The notes: a model not told the origin generated them from the letters alone. A stretch of DNA of 64,000 nt from Bacillota bacterium (GCA_012521335.1 JAAYMM010000002.1:53030-117029); one strand, 5' to 3'; positions 48,401 through 58,874 are shown, counted from the stretch's first letter. A program made the numbers and translations.

Positions 48401-51400
48401 GTGACTGCCTTTTACATAGAACCGGAGAACAAGTTATTCTTGGCTTCCTTAAGCTCCCACCCCCTGGTACAGGAACTGGAGATTGAACGCATCGGGGTGG
48501 ACCCCCAAACGAGGACGTGGGTCTTCGTGCTCCAAGGGCCGCCCCGAGGTGAACAGGCGCTCTGGAATGAGTTAACTCAAGCAGTGAAGAACCTGCATCC
48601 GGAGGTGGCCGAAGTTCGCTTTGAATGGACAAGCACTGCGGCATCCGGTCAGTCCGAGCCAGAGAGCGAGTCGGAACAGGCCTATCTGGAAAACGCCATC
48701 AGGCAGGTGAATGGGATGCCGATCAACTACAGTTCGGCACCCACCAATGGGAACGGCCGCACCAACGGCAATGGCCGTTCTAACGGGCGAAGCCGAAGTC
48801 TCCTGAGAGACTCTATTCCCGGAGATCCCGTGCCCATTGCCCAGCTCCAGGAAGGTGAAGACAACGTCCTGATTGCCGGCGAAGTTGTGGCCTTTGAATC
48901 TCGCGTTACCCGCACGGGCAAGATCCTGGTCATGTTCGATGTCTACGATGGAACTGACACCCTCGGCTGCAAGGTGTTCCTGGACGAAGCACAGGATCTG
49001 GGCATCAAAAAGGGACAGTGGGTCAAGGTCCGGGGTAATCTGCAATTCCAGCCCTTTGACAACGAACTGAGCCTCATGGTGCAGGGACTAGCTCCCATGG
49101 AGGCGCCGCACTGCCTGGAGGATACTGCGGAACAGAAGCGGGTAGAGCTGCACCTGCACACGAAAATGAGTGGGCTCGATGGTACGGTGGATGTGGAGCT
49201 GCTCATGAAGTTGGCCGCCTCCCTGGGTCACGATGCGGTGGCCATCACCGACCACGGCGTGGTGCAGGCTTTCCCTGAGGCCCATCGGGCAGCCAAAAAG
49301 CACGGCATCAAGGTGCTTTACGGAGTTGAGGGCTACCTGGTGGATGATCCCGAGAGCAAAACGCGGCCCTACCATATTGTGCTGCTGGCTAAGAACCAAG
49401 TGGGGCTCAAAAACCTGTACCGTTTGGTTTCCTATGCCCATCTTCGCCATTTTTACCGGGTACCCCGCATACCCCGCTCTTTGCTGCAGCAGTACCGCGA
49501 GGGCCTGATTGTGGGATCTGCCTGCGAGGCCGGCGAGGTTTTCCAGGCCGTGCTCCACCAGCGCCCTAACGTTGTAGAAGTGGCCAGCTTCTACGACTAC
49601 TTAGAGATCCAACCGCTGGCCAATAACGAGTTCCTCATCGGCACCAGCAACGTGCGATCCAGAGATGACCTCGTTCGCATTAACAAGCAGATTGTGGCGC
49701 TGGGTGAGCGTTTGGATAAGCCTGTTGTAGCCACGGGCGACGTGCATTTCCTCCGGCCCGAGGATGCGTTTGTGCGTACCATCCTCCTCGCGGGTAAGGG
49801 TATGGGTGATGTGGAGCACCCTGCACCCCTGTATTACCGCACCACTGCCGAGATGCTCCAGGAGTTTGCCTACCTCAGCGCAGAGAAGGCCTATGAGGTT
49901 GTGGTGAAAAACCCCCGCTGCATCGCGGCTGAAATCGAACAGTTGAGCCCGGTTCCTTCGGGTTTCTATCCGCCGCACCTCCCCGAGGCAGACAAGGAAC
50001 TGGAGAGAATGACCTATGCCAAGGCCCGGGAGATCTACGGAGATCCCCTGCCGGACATTGTCCAGGCGCGTTTGGAGCGGGAATTGAAAGCCATCATCGA
50101 CAACGGCTACGCGTCCTTGTACATTATTGCTCATAAACTGGTGAAAAAGTCCCTGGACGATGGCTACCTGGTCGGGTCCAGGGGATCGGTGGGATCTTCT
50201 TTGGTGGCCACCATGTGTGCGATTACAGAGGTGAACCCTCTGCCGCCGCACTATGTGTGCCCTAACTGCCACTGGACAGAATTCTTCACCGCCGGGGAGG
50301 TGGGCTCAGGGGTAGATCTGCCTGACCGCAGCTGCCCGAAGTGCGGCACAGTAGTCCGCAAGCTGGGCTTTGACATTCCCTTTGAAGTGTTTATGGGCTT
50401 CCACGGCGATAAGGTGCCAGATATCGATCTTAACTTCAGCGGAGAATACCAGGCTCAGATCCACAGCTACACCGAGGAACTGTTCGGCACCGATTACGTG
50501 TTCCGAGCCGGCACCATCGGTACCTTGGCAGAAAAGACGGCCTATGGCTTTATCATGAAGTACTTGGAACAGACCAACGAGACCAGGCGCAGCGCGGAAA
50601 TCAACCGTCTGGTTTCCAAACTGGCGGGCGTGCGCCGCACCACCGGCCAGCACCCTGGGGGCATGGTGGTGATTCCTAAAGGGAAGGAAGTATTCGACTT
50701 CACTCCCATCCAATATCCCGCCAACGATCCCAGCAGCGGGACGATTACCACCCATTTCGAGTACCATGCCCTGGATGACTGCCTGGTGAAGCTGGACATC
50801 TTAGGACATGATGATCCCACCATGCTGCGCATGCTGGAAGATCTCACAGGGGTCAACGTGGCTGATATCCCCCTCAATGATCCCCAGACCATGGCCATTT
50901 TTTCGTCTACGGAGAGCCTGGGAGTGACCCCGGAGCAGATCGGCACGCCAGTAGGCACTTTAGGTGTACCCGAGTTTGGCACGCGCTTCGTCCGCCAGAT
51001 GCTGGAGGACACCTTACCTAAGACTTTCAGCGACCTGGTGCGCATCAGCGGCTTGTCCCACGGAACCAACGTATGGACCAGCAACGCGGAAGAGCTGATC
51101 AAGGCTGGGATCACGGATATCAGCGGAGTTATTGCCACCAGAGATGACATCATGATCTACCTCATGCTCCGGGGCGTGGAGGCTCGGGATGCTTTCCGAA
51201 TCATGGAACAGGTGCGCAAGGGAAAGGGGCTCACAGAAGCGGATGAGGCCCTGCTCAAGCAGTTTGATGTCCCCCAGTGGTACATCGATTCCTGCAACAA
51301 GATCAGCTACATGTTCCCTAAAGCTCATGCCGTGGCCTATGTGATGATGGCCTTCCGCATCGCCTACTTCAAGGTCCACTATCCCCTGGCCTTCTATGCA

Positions 51401-51838
51401 GCCTTGTTCTCGCTGCAGGCGGGTGATTTCGATGCCCAACTGGTGAAGGGTGGAGAGCAGGCTGTCCGGGCAGAGTTGGCCAGAATCACCAACAAGGCCT
51501 ACGAGGCCACTCCCAAGGAGCGGAGCCTGGTAACCTTGTTGGAGATCATCCTGGAAGCCATGGTGCGTGGGGTGCGTTTCCTGCCCGTCGATCTCTACAA
51601 GTCGGCGGCACAGGTGTTTAGGATCGAGGGCGAGGCCCTGCGTCCACCGTTTGCTTCCCTGCAGGGTGTTGGGGCCAGCGCGGCCAACAGCATTGTGCAG
51701 GCCCGGGAAGAAGGGGAGTTCATCTCCGTTGAGGATCTACGGCAGAGGGCCGGTGTCACCAAGGCGGTGATCGAAGCTCTGCGCCTGCACGGGTGTCTCG
51801 AGGGCCTGCCGGAAACGAATCAATTGACACTTTTCTAG
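48401..51838 (+). CDS. polC: DNA polymerase III PolC-type alpha subunit, apparently lacking the 3'-5' exonuclease domain
   Basis: OB domain, PHP domain ('VELHLHTKMS...DHGVVQAFPEA...KKHGIKVLYGVEGYLVDD'), PolC zinc-finger module ('YVCPNCHW...CPKCG'), palm/fingers, C-terminal tandem HhH; only 1146 aa; PHP goes straight from 'LVDD' to 'RPYHIVLLAKN' with no exonuclease insert. Confidence 0.9.
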   Translation: MTAFYIEPENKLFLASLSSHPLVQELEIERIGVDPQTRTWVFVLQGPPRGEQALWNELTQAVKNLHPEVAEVRFEWTSTAASGQSEPESESEQAYLENAIRQVNGMPINYSSAPTNGNGRTNGNGRSNGRSRSLLRDSIPGDPVPIAQLQEGEDNVLIAGEVVAFESRVTRTGKILVMFDVYDGTDTLGCKVFLDEAQDLGIKKGQWVKVRGNLQFQPFDNELSLMVQGLAPMEAPHCLEDTAEQKRVELHLHTKMSGLDGTVDVELLMKLAASLGHDAVAITDHGVVQAFPEAHRAAKKHGIKVLYGVEGYLVDDPESKTRPYHIVLLAKNQVGLKNLYRLVSYAHLRHFYRVPRIPRSLLQQYREGLIVGSACEAGEVFQAVLHQRPNVVEVASFYDYLEIQPLANNEFLIGTSNVRSRDDLVRINKQIVALGERLDKPVVATGDVHFLRPEDAFVRTILLAGKGMGDVEHPAPLYYRTTAEMLQEFAYLSAEKAYEVVVKNPRCIAAEIEQLSPVPSGFYPPHLPEADKELERMTYAKAREIYGDPLPDIVQARLERELKAIIDNGYASLYIIAHKLVKKSLDDGYLVGSRGSVGSSLVATMCAITEVNPLPPHYVCPNCHWTEFFTAGEVGSGVDLPDRSCPKCGTVVRKLGFDIPFEVFMGFHGDKVPDIDLNFSGEYQAQIHSYTEELFGTDYVFRAGTIGTLAEKTAYGFIMKYLEQTNETRRSAEINRLVSKLAGVRRTTGQHPGGMVVIPKGKEVFDFTPIQYPANDPSSGTITTHFEYHALDDCLVKLDILGHDDPTMLRMLEDLTGVNVADIPLNDPQTMAIFSSTESLGVTPEQIGTPVGTLGVPEFGTRFVRQMLEDTLPKTFSDLVRISGLSHGTNVWTSNAEELIKAGITDISGVIATRDDIMIYLMLRGVEARDAFRIMEQVRKGKGLTEADEALLKQFDVPQWYIDSCNKISYMFPKAHAVAYVMMAFRIAYFKVHYPLAFYAALFSLQAGDFDAQLVKGGEQAVRAELARITNKAYEATPKERSLVTLLEIILEAMVRGVRFLPVDLYKSAAQVFRIEGEALRPPFASLQGVGASAANSIVQAREEGEFISVEDLRQRAGVTKAVIEALRLHGCLEGLPETNQLTLF

Positions 51839-51881
51839 ATCCTGTGTTATAATGCGTCTGTAAACTGATGAGTTGCCGGGA

Positions 51882-51906
51882 GAGTGGGAGATCAGCCCAC
51901 TCTTTT
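51882..51906 (+). terminator. Rho-independent terminator after polC
   Basis: GAGTGGG-agatcag-CCCACTC followed by TTTT; a TTGACG -35-like hexamer follows immediately. Confidence 0.55.
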
Positions 51907-51953
51907 GACGTATGGGTGCAGAAAGCGGGCATAATGTGGAAAAGAAGGGGGCG

Positions 51954-52424
51954 ATGGGCGCCGTGAGTCGCGTACATATCGAGAAGCTGGTCACAGCCTG
52001 GACTGAAGAAATCGTTGAAGGAACAGAACTGGAATTGGTTGATGTGGAGTATGTGAAAGAACCCAGCGGCTGGATTCTCCGAGTGTTCATCGATAAGCCC
52101 GCTGGAGTCGACCTGGAAGACTGCCGCCAGGTGAGTGAAGCTCTGGACCAGAGACTGGACGCAGAAGACCCCATTCCAGGACCTTATCTGCTGGAAGTGT
52201 CTTCTCCCGGGTTGGAGCGCCCCTTGAAAAAAAGGTCTGATTATGAGCGCTTCGCCGGACGCAGGGTGGAGATCCGTACCTACGGGGCCATCCACGGCCG
52301 TAAGCGCTTTGAAGCCACCTTGCAGGGACTTCAGGGCGACAACGTTGTACTAGAATGGGAAGGGGAGACCATAGAAATTCCCCTAGAGCTGATTTCCAAG
52401 GCCAATTTGGTTCTGGAGCTCTAA
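51954..52424 (+). CDS. rimP: Ribosome maturation factor RimP
   Basis: 'GTELELVDVEYVKEPSGWILRVFIDK' signature; start trimmed to ATG 51954. Confidence 0.85.
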   Translation: MGAVSRVHIEKLVTAWTEEIVEGTELELVDVEYVKEPSGWILRVFIDKPAGVDLEDCRQVSEALDQRLDAEDPIPGPYLLEVSSPGLERPLKKRSDYERFAGRRVEIRTYGAIHGRKRFEATLQGLQGDNVVLEWEGETIEIPLELISKANLVLEL

Positions 52425-52442
52425 AACGGGAGGCCAACAGGG

Positions 52443-53909
52443 ATGAATTTGGAATTAATTGGTGCATTGACTGAACTGGAAAAGGAGCGGGGCATCTCCA
52501 AGGAGCTGCTGCTGGATGCCATTGAAACCGCGATCGTCTCAGCCTACAAAAAGAACTATGGAGCCAGCTCATCGGCCAGCGTACGAGTGGAGTTGAACCA
52601 GCACACTGGTGAGATTCACGTCTATTCTCGCCGCGTCGTGGTTGATGAGGTGGAGGACGAGACCCTGGAGATTTCCCTGGAGGAAGCGCGTGACCTGGAT
52701 CCCAACTACGAATTGGGAGATGTGGTGGAGCGGGAAGTAACCCCTGCAGAATTCGGCCGCATCGCCGCTCAGACTGCGAAACAGGTGGTTATCCAGAAGA
52801 TTAGGGAAGCGGAACGCTCCATCGTGTACGACGTATACTCCAACCGGGAGGGTGATGTGGTTACTGGCACCGTACAGCGGGCCGATCAGCGCCAGGTCTT
52901 GGTTGACTTAGGCGACGTGGAGGCAGTGCTGCCGGCCAGCGAACAGATCCCCGGCGAAGTGTACAGTCCCCACGCGAAAATGCGTTTCTACATCAACGAA
53001 GTACGCCAGACCAGTAAAGGTCCCCAGATTTTCCTTTCCAGAACTCATCCCGGCCTTTTGCGGGCCCTTTTTGAACTGGAAGTGCCGGAGATCCAGAGTG
53101 GAGAAGTGGAGATCAAAGCGGTGGCCAGGGAAGCCGGCAACCGCTCCAAGATCGCGGTGTACAGCCGCGACCCCAACGTCGATCCCGTGGGTGCCTGCGT
53201 GGGTGCGCGGGGCAGCCGAGTTCAGTCGGTAGTGGCCGAACTGGGCAACGAGCGCATTGATGTGGTGCAGTGGGAAAAGGATGTGGGCGAGTTTGTGAAG
53301 AACGCGCTCAGCCCTGCCAAGGTGCTCTTTGTGGTCACGGACGAAGAGGAAAAGGTAGCCCATACCGTGGTTCCCGATGATCAGCTGTCTCTGGCCATTG
53401 GCAAAGAGGGGCAAAATGCCCGCCTGGCGGCGCGCCTCACCGGCTGGAGAATTGATATCAAGAGCGAAACGCAAGCTGCCGAGCTGGGACTGGAACCCCA
53501 GCCGGTAGTGGAGTTCGAAGACGAGCTAGAACTAGACCTGGACGAACTGGTGGAAGAACCAGTTGTGGAGCCGGAAGAAGAGGTTGAACTGCAAGTGGCT
53601 GTAGAAGCTGAGGCGGAAGTCCAGGATGAGGAAGCGACAGAGCAGACTGTCCGCGAGGAGGCGCAGCCAGAACCATCTGAACAAGAGCCCAAAGCTCCCG
53701 CCATCAGCGTTGAAGACCTGGCCAGCCTGACCAACGTGACCAAGCGTAAGAGCTGGCAGGAACGCTTCGGCAGCATCGAAGTGGCCCCTGCGCCCGCCGC
53801 TCCGCAAGAAAAGCAGGAAACAGGCAAACCGAAAAAGAAGAAAGAAAGAGTCATCACTGACTTGTCGCAGCTGGAATCCATCACTTTCAAGTTTGACGAA
53901 GAGAAGTAG
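52443..53909 (+). CDS. nusA: Transcription termination/antitermination factor NusA, with long acidic C-terminal extension
   Basis: NusA N-terminal domain, S1 and two KH domains; ~120 aa E/P-rich tail. Confidence 0.9.
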   Translation: MNLELIGALTELEKERGISKELLLDAIETAIVSAYKKNYGASSSASVRVELNQHTGEIHVYSRRVVVDEVEDETLEISLEEARDLDPNYELGDVVEREVTPAEFGRIAAQTAKQVVIQKIREAERSIVYDVYSNREGDVVTGTVQRADQRQVLVDLGDVEAVLPASEQIPGEVYSPHAKMRFYINEVRQTSKGPQIFLSRTHPGLLRALFELEVPEIQSGEVEIKAVAREAGNRSKIAVYSRDPNVDPVGACVGARGSRVQSVVAELGNERIDVVQWEKDVGEFVKNALSPAKVLFVVTDEEEKVAHTVVPDDQLSLAIGKEGQNARLAARLTGWRIDIKSETQAAELGLEPQPVVEFEDELELDLDELVEEPVVEPEEEVELQVAVEAEAEVQDEEATEQTVREEAQPEPSEQEPKAPAISVEDLASLTNVTKRKSWQERFGSIEVAPAPAAPQEKQETGKPKKKKERVITDLSQLESITFKFDEEK

Positions 53910-53919
53910 GTGGTAGAGG

Positions 53920-54198
53920 ATGCGCAAAAAGCACGTTCCCATGCGTACCTGCGTGGGCTGCCGCACCTCCGCGCCCAAGCGGGAACTGATCCGCGTTGTG
54001 CGCAGTCCCGCTGGGGAAGTGAGTTTAGATTTGGTTGGTAAAAGCCCGGGACGGGGAGTGTACATTCATCCCACTGAAGGCTGTTTGGAAAGCGCCGTCA
54101 AGGGACGCCAAATCCAAAGAGCACTGGAAACCCCCATCTCGGATGAGCTCCTGGAAGACTTGAAGCGGGTGCTCCATGAAAAGCAAGATCAGCAGTAA
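53920..54198 (+). CDS. ylxR: YlxR/DUF448 RNA-binding protein
   Basis: 'VPMRTCVGCR' motif; conserved nusA-ylxR-L7Ae-infB arrangement. Confidence 0.85.
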   Translation: MRKKHVPMRTCVGCRTSAPKRELIRVVRSPAGEVSLDLVGKSPGRGVYIHPTEGCLESAVKGRQIQRALETPISDELLEDLKRVLHEKQDQQ

Positions 54199-54535
54199 GG
54201 ACAAGTTCTACAGCTATCTGGGCTTGGCCACTCGGGCTGGTAAAGTGGTCTCGGGGGAAGATGCGGTGGAAAGCGCGGTACGGCGGGGCAAGGTGTTTTT
54301 CCTCATCCTGGCCCAAGATGCCTCCGCGAACACCCTCCGCAAGTTCAGCTCACTGGCTCGCCATCACCACCTGCGCGCAGCCGTCGCTGGCAGCAAAGAC
54401 CTGTTAGGTCAGGCCATGGGCAAGGCGCCGAGGGCAGTGGTGGGGATTACCGACCGCGATTTTGCCCAGGTGATTCGGGAGAGCGTGAGAGAGTCAGTGC
54501 AGGAGAATGATAGGAGTGATGCCGATGACGAATAA
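54176..54535 (+). CDS. ylxQ: L7Ae-family ribosomal-like protein (YlxQ)
   Basis: 'LGLATRAGKVVSGEDAVESAVRRGKVFFLILAQDAS' L7Ae/L30e fold signature. Confidence 0.8.
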   Translation: MKSKISSKDKFYSYLGLATRAGKVVSGEDAVESAVRRGKVFFLILAQDASANTLRKFSSLARHHHLRAAVAGSKDLLGQAMGKAPRAVVGITDRDFAQVIRESVRESVQENDRSDADDE

Positions 54536-56600
54536 AATCAGAATCTACGAGCTGGCAAAGGAACTTGATTTGAAGAGCAAGTTCGTGATTGAGTTCCTCA
54601 ATGACCTAGGAGCGGATGTGTCCAATCACATGAGTTCCATCGACGAAGACATAGCCAATATGCTCAGGGAGCATTTTGCCCCAGAAGAGGAAGCACCGGT
54701 GCCAGAAGACGATGAGCCGAAAGTGCTCAAAAAGAAGCGGAGGTCCTTTAAGAAGGAAGAAGAGGAGCGGGACGCTGGGCCGAAACTGCGCGGCAAGAAA
54801 AAACGCGGCCCCAGAAAGCCTGGAGCTCCAGAACAGCCTTCCGCGGAAAAGAAAGCTAAGCGGATTACGCTAGGTGAACGCGTAGCCGTGAATGAGCTGG
54901 TTCAGAAGATCGGCGTGTCTGGTGCAGAAGTGGTCAAACAGCTCATGAAAATCGGCGTCATGGCTTCTCTTGCGCAAAGCGTAGACTATGAGATCGCGGC
55001 GATTGTGGCTTCTTATTTCGGAGTGGAGACTGAACCCGAGCGCGACCTGGCAGAGGAAATCTTCGCACCCGCGGAGCCAGACCCGGCCAAGTTAGTCCCC
55101 AGACCCCCTGTGGTCACCATCATGGGACACGTTGACCATGGCAAGACAACGCTCTTGGACTTCATCCGCAAAACCAAGGTGACGGCCACTGAAGCGGGCG
55201 GGATCACCCAGCACATTGGGGCTTACCAGATCGAGTACAATGGCAAACGCATCACCTTCCTCGATACGCCGGGCCACGAGGCGTTTACCGCCATCAGAGC
55301 CCGCGGCGCTAGGGTAACTGATATTGCTGTCTTGGTAGTAGCGGCCAATGACGGAGTAATGCCCCAGACGGTGGAGGCGATCAACCATGCCAAGGCCGCC
55401 GGTGTTCCCATCATTGTCGCCATTAACAAGATGGATCTGGCCGCCGCCAACCCCGATCGCGTCAAGCAGGAATTGACAGAGCACGGCTTGGTCGTGGAAG
55501 AGTGGGGCGGCGACACCATTGCCGTACCCATTTCCGCTCTGCGCGGCGAAGGCATTGAGGATCTTTTGGAGATGATCCTTTTGGTGGCTGAAATGGAAGA
55601 TGTGAAGGCGGATCCAGACTGCCCGGCCCGGGGTACTGTCATCGATGCCAAACTGGACCGGGGCAGAGGGCCCGTCGCCACCGTGCTCATCTCCCAAGGT
55701 ACGCTCCGCATCGGCGATGCCTTTGTGGTGGGGAACTACTGCGGACGCGTACGTGCGCTGATCAACGACCGAGGTGAACAGATTAAAGAAGCAGCACCTT
55801 CCATGCCTGTAGAAGTCTTGGGTATTACCGATGTACCTCAAGCGGGCGACTCCTTTGTCGTTGTGCAGGATGAGCAGACCGCCCGTCAGGTGGCCTCGAT
55901 CCAGCAGGAGAAGCAGCGCGAACGGGATCTGAGCAGGACCAGTAAAGTGACCCTCGACGATCTGTACCGCCGCATCCAGGAAGGTGCCGTGAAAGAACTG
56001 AACCTGGTGATCAAGGCTGACGTGCAGGGTTCGGCGGAAGCGGTACGCGCTTCTTTGGAAAAATTGTCCACGGACGAAGTGCGCGTCAATGTGATCCACC
56101 AGGGAGTAGGCGCCATTTCTGAGTCCGATGTACTGCTGGCTACGGCCTCCGATGCGGTGATTATCGGCTTTAACGTACGACCTGACTCTAACGCCCGCAA
56201 AGCTGCGGAGCGTGATGGCATCGATATCCGCGTTTACCGCGTAATCTACGACCTCCTGGACGATGTGAAAGCAGCCATGGCCGGCCTGTTGGAGCCCGAG
56301 TTCAAGGAAGAGTTCCTGGGGCGGGCCGAAGTACGCAAGACCTTTAAGGTTCCAGGCGGAGTTGTGGCAGGCTGCTATGTCCAGGAAGGCAAGATCTCCC
56401 GTTCGGCAGAAGTGCGTGTGCTGCGGGACAACGTGATTGTCCACGAAGGGAAGATTTCATCCTTGAAGCGTTTCAAGGATGACGTGCGTGAAGTGAGCCA
56501 CGGCTATGAATGCGGTATTGGTCTTGATCGCTTCAATGACATTAAAGAGGGGGACGTAATCGAAGCCTTCGTCATGGTTAAGGTGGAACGAACCCTGTAG
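54525..56600 (+). CDS. infB: Translation initiation factor IF-2
   Basis: '[14 protein letters not shown]' N-terminus; G-domain '[14 protein letters not shown]', 'DTPGHEAF', 'NKMD'. Confidence 0.95.
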   Translation: MTNKIRIYELAKELDLKSKFVIEFLNDLGADVSNHMSSIDEDIANMLREHFAPEEEAPVPEDDEPKVLKKKRRSFKKEEEERDAGPKLRGKKKRGPRKPGAPEQPSAEKKAKRITLGERVAVNELVQKIGVSGAEVVKQLMKIGVMASLAQSVDYEIAAIVASYFGVETEPERDLAEEIFAPAEPDPAKLVPRPPVVTIMGHVDHGKTTLLDFIRKTKVTATEAGGITQHIGAYQIEYNGKRITFLDTPGHEAFTAIRARGARVTDIAVLVVAANDGVMPQTVEAINHAKAAGVPIIVAINKMDLAAANPDRVKQELTEHGLVVEEWGGDTIAVPISALRGEGIEDLLEMILLVAEMEDVKADPDCPARGTVIDAKLDRGRGPVATVLISQGTLRIGDAFVVGNYCGRVRALINDRGEQIKEAAPSMPVEVLGITDVPQAGDSFVVVQDEQTARQVASIQQEKQRERDLSRTSKVTLDDLYRRIQEGAVKELNLVIKADVQGSAEAVRASLEKLSTDEVRVNVIHQGVGAISESDVLLATASDAVIIGFNVRPDSNARKAAERDGIDIRVYRVIYDLLDDVKAAMAGLLEPEFKEEFLGRAEVRKTFKVPGGVVAGCYVQEGKISRSAEVRVLRDNVIVHEGKISSLKRFKDDVREVSHGYECGIGLDRFNDIKEGDVIEAFVMVKVERTL

Positions 56601-56604
56601 GACG

Positions 56605-56979
56605 GTGACGGAGATGTCAGAAAGACTGGCTAGATTAGCCCAAGAAATCAAGCGTGAAGTGAGCAGCATTTTGGCCACTGAAGTGAAAGATCCCCGCCTA
56701 GGCATGATCAGCATCACCGATGTGGAGGTGAGCAGGGATCTCGCTCTGGCGAAAATCTACTTCAGCCTGTTGGGAGATGAAGAAGAAAGGATGCGCACCC
56801 TGGAAGGCCTGAACCGGGCCAAAGGGTTTATCCGCTCCGAGCTGGCCAAGCGCATCCGGGTCAGGCATGTTCCCGAAATTGCCTTTGTGTTTGACCCGTC
56901 CCTGGAGCAAGGTGCCAGGATGGATGCCCTGCTCAAGTCGCTGCAGATATCAAAGGAAGATGAAGTGAGTAATGAATAG
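56605..56979 (+). CDS. rbfA: Ribosome-binding factor A
   Basis: 124 aa; 'RLARLAQEIKREVSSIL...DPRLGMISITDVEVSRDLALAKIY' signature. Confidence 0.9.
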   Translation: MTEMSERLARLAQEIKREVSSILATEVKDPRLGMISITDVEVSRDLALAKIYFSLLGDEEERMRTLEGLNRAKGFIRSELAKRIRVRHVPEIAFVFDPSLEQGARMDALLKSLQISKEDEVSNE

Positions 56980-57955
56980 CCTGGCAGAGATTGTCCATTT
57001 CCTCCACAACCGGGACAGCTTCATAATTGTGGGCCACGAGGGACCAGATCCCGACAGTCTCGGCTCCATGCTGGGCCTGTACTTTGGCCTCAGCAAACTG
57101 GGCAAGCGCTGCCGCCTGGTCAGTGCCGATCCCTTACCGCCGTATCTCACCTGGCCCGGCCTGGAGAACATTGAGTTTTGCGGGGAGGAGTTCACCCCGG
57201 GGGACAGCTGTGTGCTGGTGGTGGACTGCGAGCCGCAGCGCACAGGCACTATCGCCCAGGGGGTGCTCCAAGCCAAAGAGCTTGTGAACATCGACCACCA
57301 CCAGCGTGGGCGCGGAGTGGGTGACCTGGTGTACGTTGATCCCTCGGAGGCGGCCACCAGTGTCATCATCTACCGTCTGCTCAAAGAGCTGCGGGTTCCC
57401 TTCGATGTGAACTTGGCCACTGTTTTGTACGGCGGTATTGTGGGTGACACGGGAGGATTCCGCCATGCCAACACCAACAGCGAAGTGCTGCGCATCGCCG
57501 GCGAGCTGCTTGACTACGGCGTGGAACCGGCCCGCATTGCCCGGGAGATCTTTTCCATGCAACCGTTAGGCTTCATGCAGCTTTTAGGCTATGCCTTGAG
57601 CCATCTGCACACGGCCCTAGAGGGCCGCTTAGTCTGGATGGCGGTGAGCAGTGAAGAGTTTGGGCGGTTTGATGTGGATCCAGAGATGACCGACCATCTG
57701 GTCAGTTACGCGCGCATGTTGGATAGTGCAGAAATCGCCATGGTCTTCAGAGAGGTGAGGCCTGGCTTGACCAGGCTGGGCCTGCGCTCTAACGCGGTGG
57801 ATGTGGCCAAGCTGGCCCGGCACTTTGGCGGAGGAGGCCATAAGCTGGCATCTGGCGCCACCCTGCACGGCAGCTTCAGCGAGATCGTGAGCCAGGTAAC
57901 CGGCACAGCAGAGCGTTACTTGGCAACGGGTGAGATCGATGAACGGGATAATTAA
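56972..57955 (+). CDS. nrnA: DHH/DHHA1 phosphoesterase NrnA (nanoRNase/pAp phosphatase)
   Basis: 'IVGHEGPDPDSLGS' DHH motif and C-terminal 'GGGH' DHHA1. Confidence 0.85.
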   Translation: MNSLAEIVHFLHNRDSFIIVGHEGPDPDSLGSMLGLYFGLSKLGKRCRLVSADPLPPYLTWPGLENIEFCGEEFTPGDSCVLVVDCEPQRTGTIAQGVLQAKELVNIDHHQRGRGVGDLVYVDPSEAATSVIIYRLLKELRVPFDVNLATVLYGGIVGDTGGFRHANTNSEVLRIAGELLDYGVEPARIAREIFSMQPLGFMQLLGYALSHLHTALEGRLVWMAVSSEEFGRFDVDPEMTDHLVSYARMLDSAEIAMVFREVRPGLTRLGLRSNAVDVAKLARHFGGGGHKLASGATLHGSFSEIVSQVTGTAERYLATGEIDERDN

Positions 57956-58865
57956 CGTATTAAAGCCTCCGGGCATGAGCTCCCATCAAGTAGTGGCCCA
58001 TCTCCGCAGACTGCTCAACACGAAACGCATTGGCCACGGCGGCACTCTGGATCCCGGGGCCAGCGGAGTGCTGCCCATCCTCGTGGGCAGCGCCACTAGA
58101 CTGTCCGACTACCTGCTGGATTACGACAAGACGTATGTGGCAGAGCTCACGTTGGGCATTGCCACCGATACCCAAGACGCCAGCGGTGAGACAACCGGCC
58201 TGAACACCGATTTCCAGATCACGCCTCTGCAGTTGGCCGATGTGTTGGCTTCTTTCCAGGGGTCCATCTGGCAGACACCGCCCATGGCGTCCGCAGTGCG
58301 GGTGGGGGGCAAGCGATTGTACGAACTACAGCGCCAGGGGATTTCTGTGGAGCGCCCGCCTAGACAGGTGCAAGTCCATTCCATCAACATCATGGCCATT
58401 TGGCACGAAGGGGACTCCTTGGGCTTTGGCACGCGGGTGCTGCTTCGGATTGCCTGCTCGAAGGGTACATATATCCGCACGCTTGGCCATGACATCGGGG
58501 AAAAGCTGGGCGTCGGAGCGCACGTATCCTTTCTTACTAGAGTGAGCAGCGGGCCCTTTCACAGCGAGCAGGCCCATACACTGGAAGAGATCGCGCAGCT
58601 GGCATCCGAAGATAACCTGGCCTTTCTCCTGCCGATGCAGGCCGCTCTGCCCCATTGGGTCCAGGTAAAAGTCCATCCCCTGGTGGAAGAGCGGATCAAA
58701 AACGGGAACTACATCCTGCCGGAACATCTCCTGGATGTGCCCAGTCAGTTGACAGTGGGCGATGATGTGGTCCTGTTGAGCCTGGAGGGAGAACTCCTGG
58801 CCTTGGCTGAGATCAGGATGGCAGAGCGTTTGATCTGCCAACCATTCCGAGTATTTGTGAAATAG
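57939..58865 (+). CDS. truB: tRNA pseudouridine(55) synthase
   Basis: 'GIINVLKPPGMSSHQVV...IGHGGTLDPGASGVL' catalytic Asp motif. Confidence 0.9.
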   Translation: MNGIINVLKPPGMSSHQVVAHLRRLLNTKRIGHGGTLDPGASGVLPILVGSATRLSDYLLDYDKTYVAELTLGIATDTQDASGETTGLNTDFQITPLQLADVLASFQGSIWQTPPMASAVRVGGKRLYELQRQGISVERPPRQVQVHSINIMAIWHEGDSLGFGTRVLLRIACSKGTYIRTLGHDIGEKLGVGAHVSFLTRVSSGPFHSEQAHTLEEIAQLASEDNLAFLLPMQAALPHWVQVKVHPLVEERIKNGNYILPEHLLDVPSQLTVGDDVVLLSLEGELLALAEIRMAERLICQPFRVFVK

Positions 58866-58874
58866 GTGCAGCAC

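Noticed and set aside
55092-56444. 450-aa antisense ORF inside infB (and similar long minus-strand ORFs inside pnp 60323..61750, hslU 12064..12747, fliF 14641..15525, polC 49601..50272)
   Set aside because: All lie antisense to strongly supported conserved genes in a high-GC genome where stop-free antisense frames are common. Translations are low-complexity with no family resemblance.
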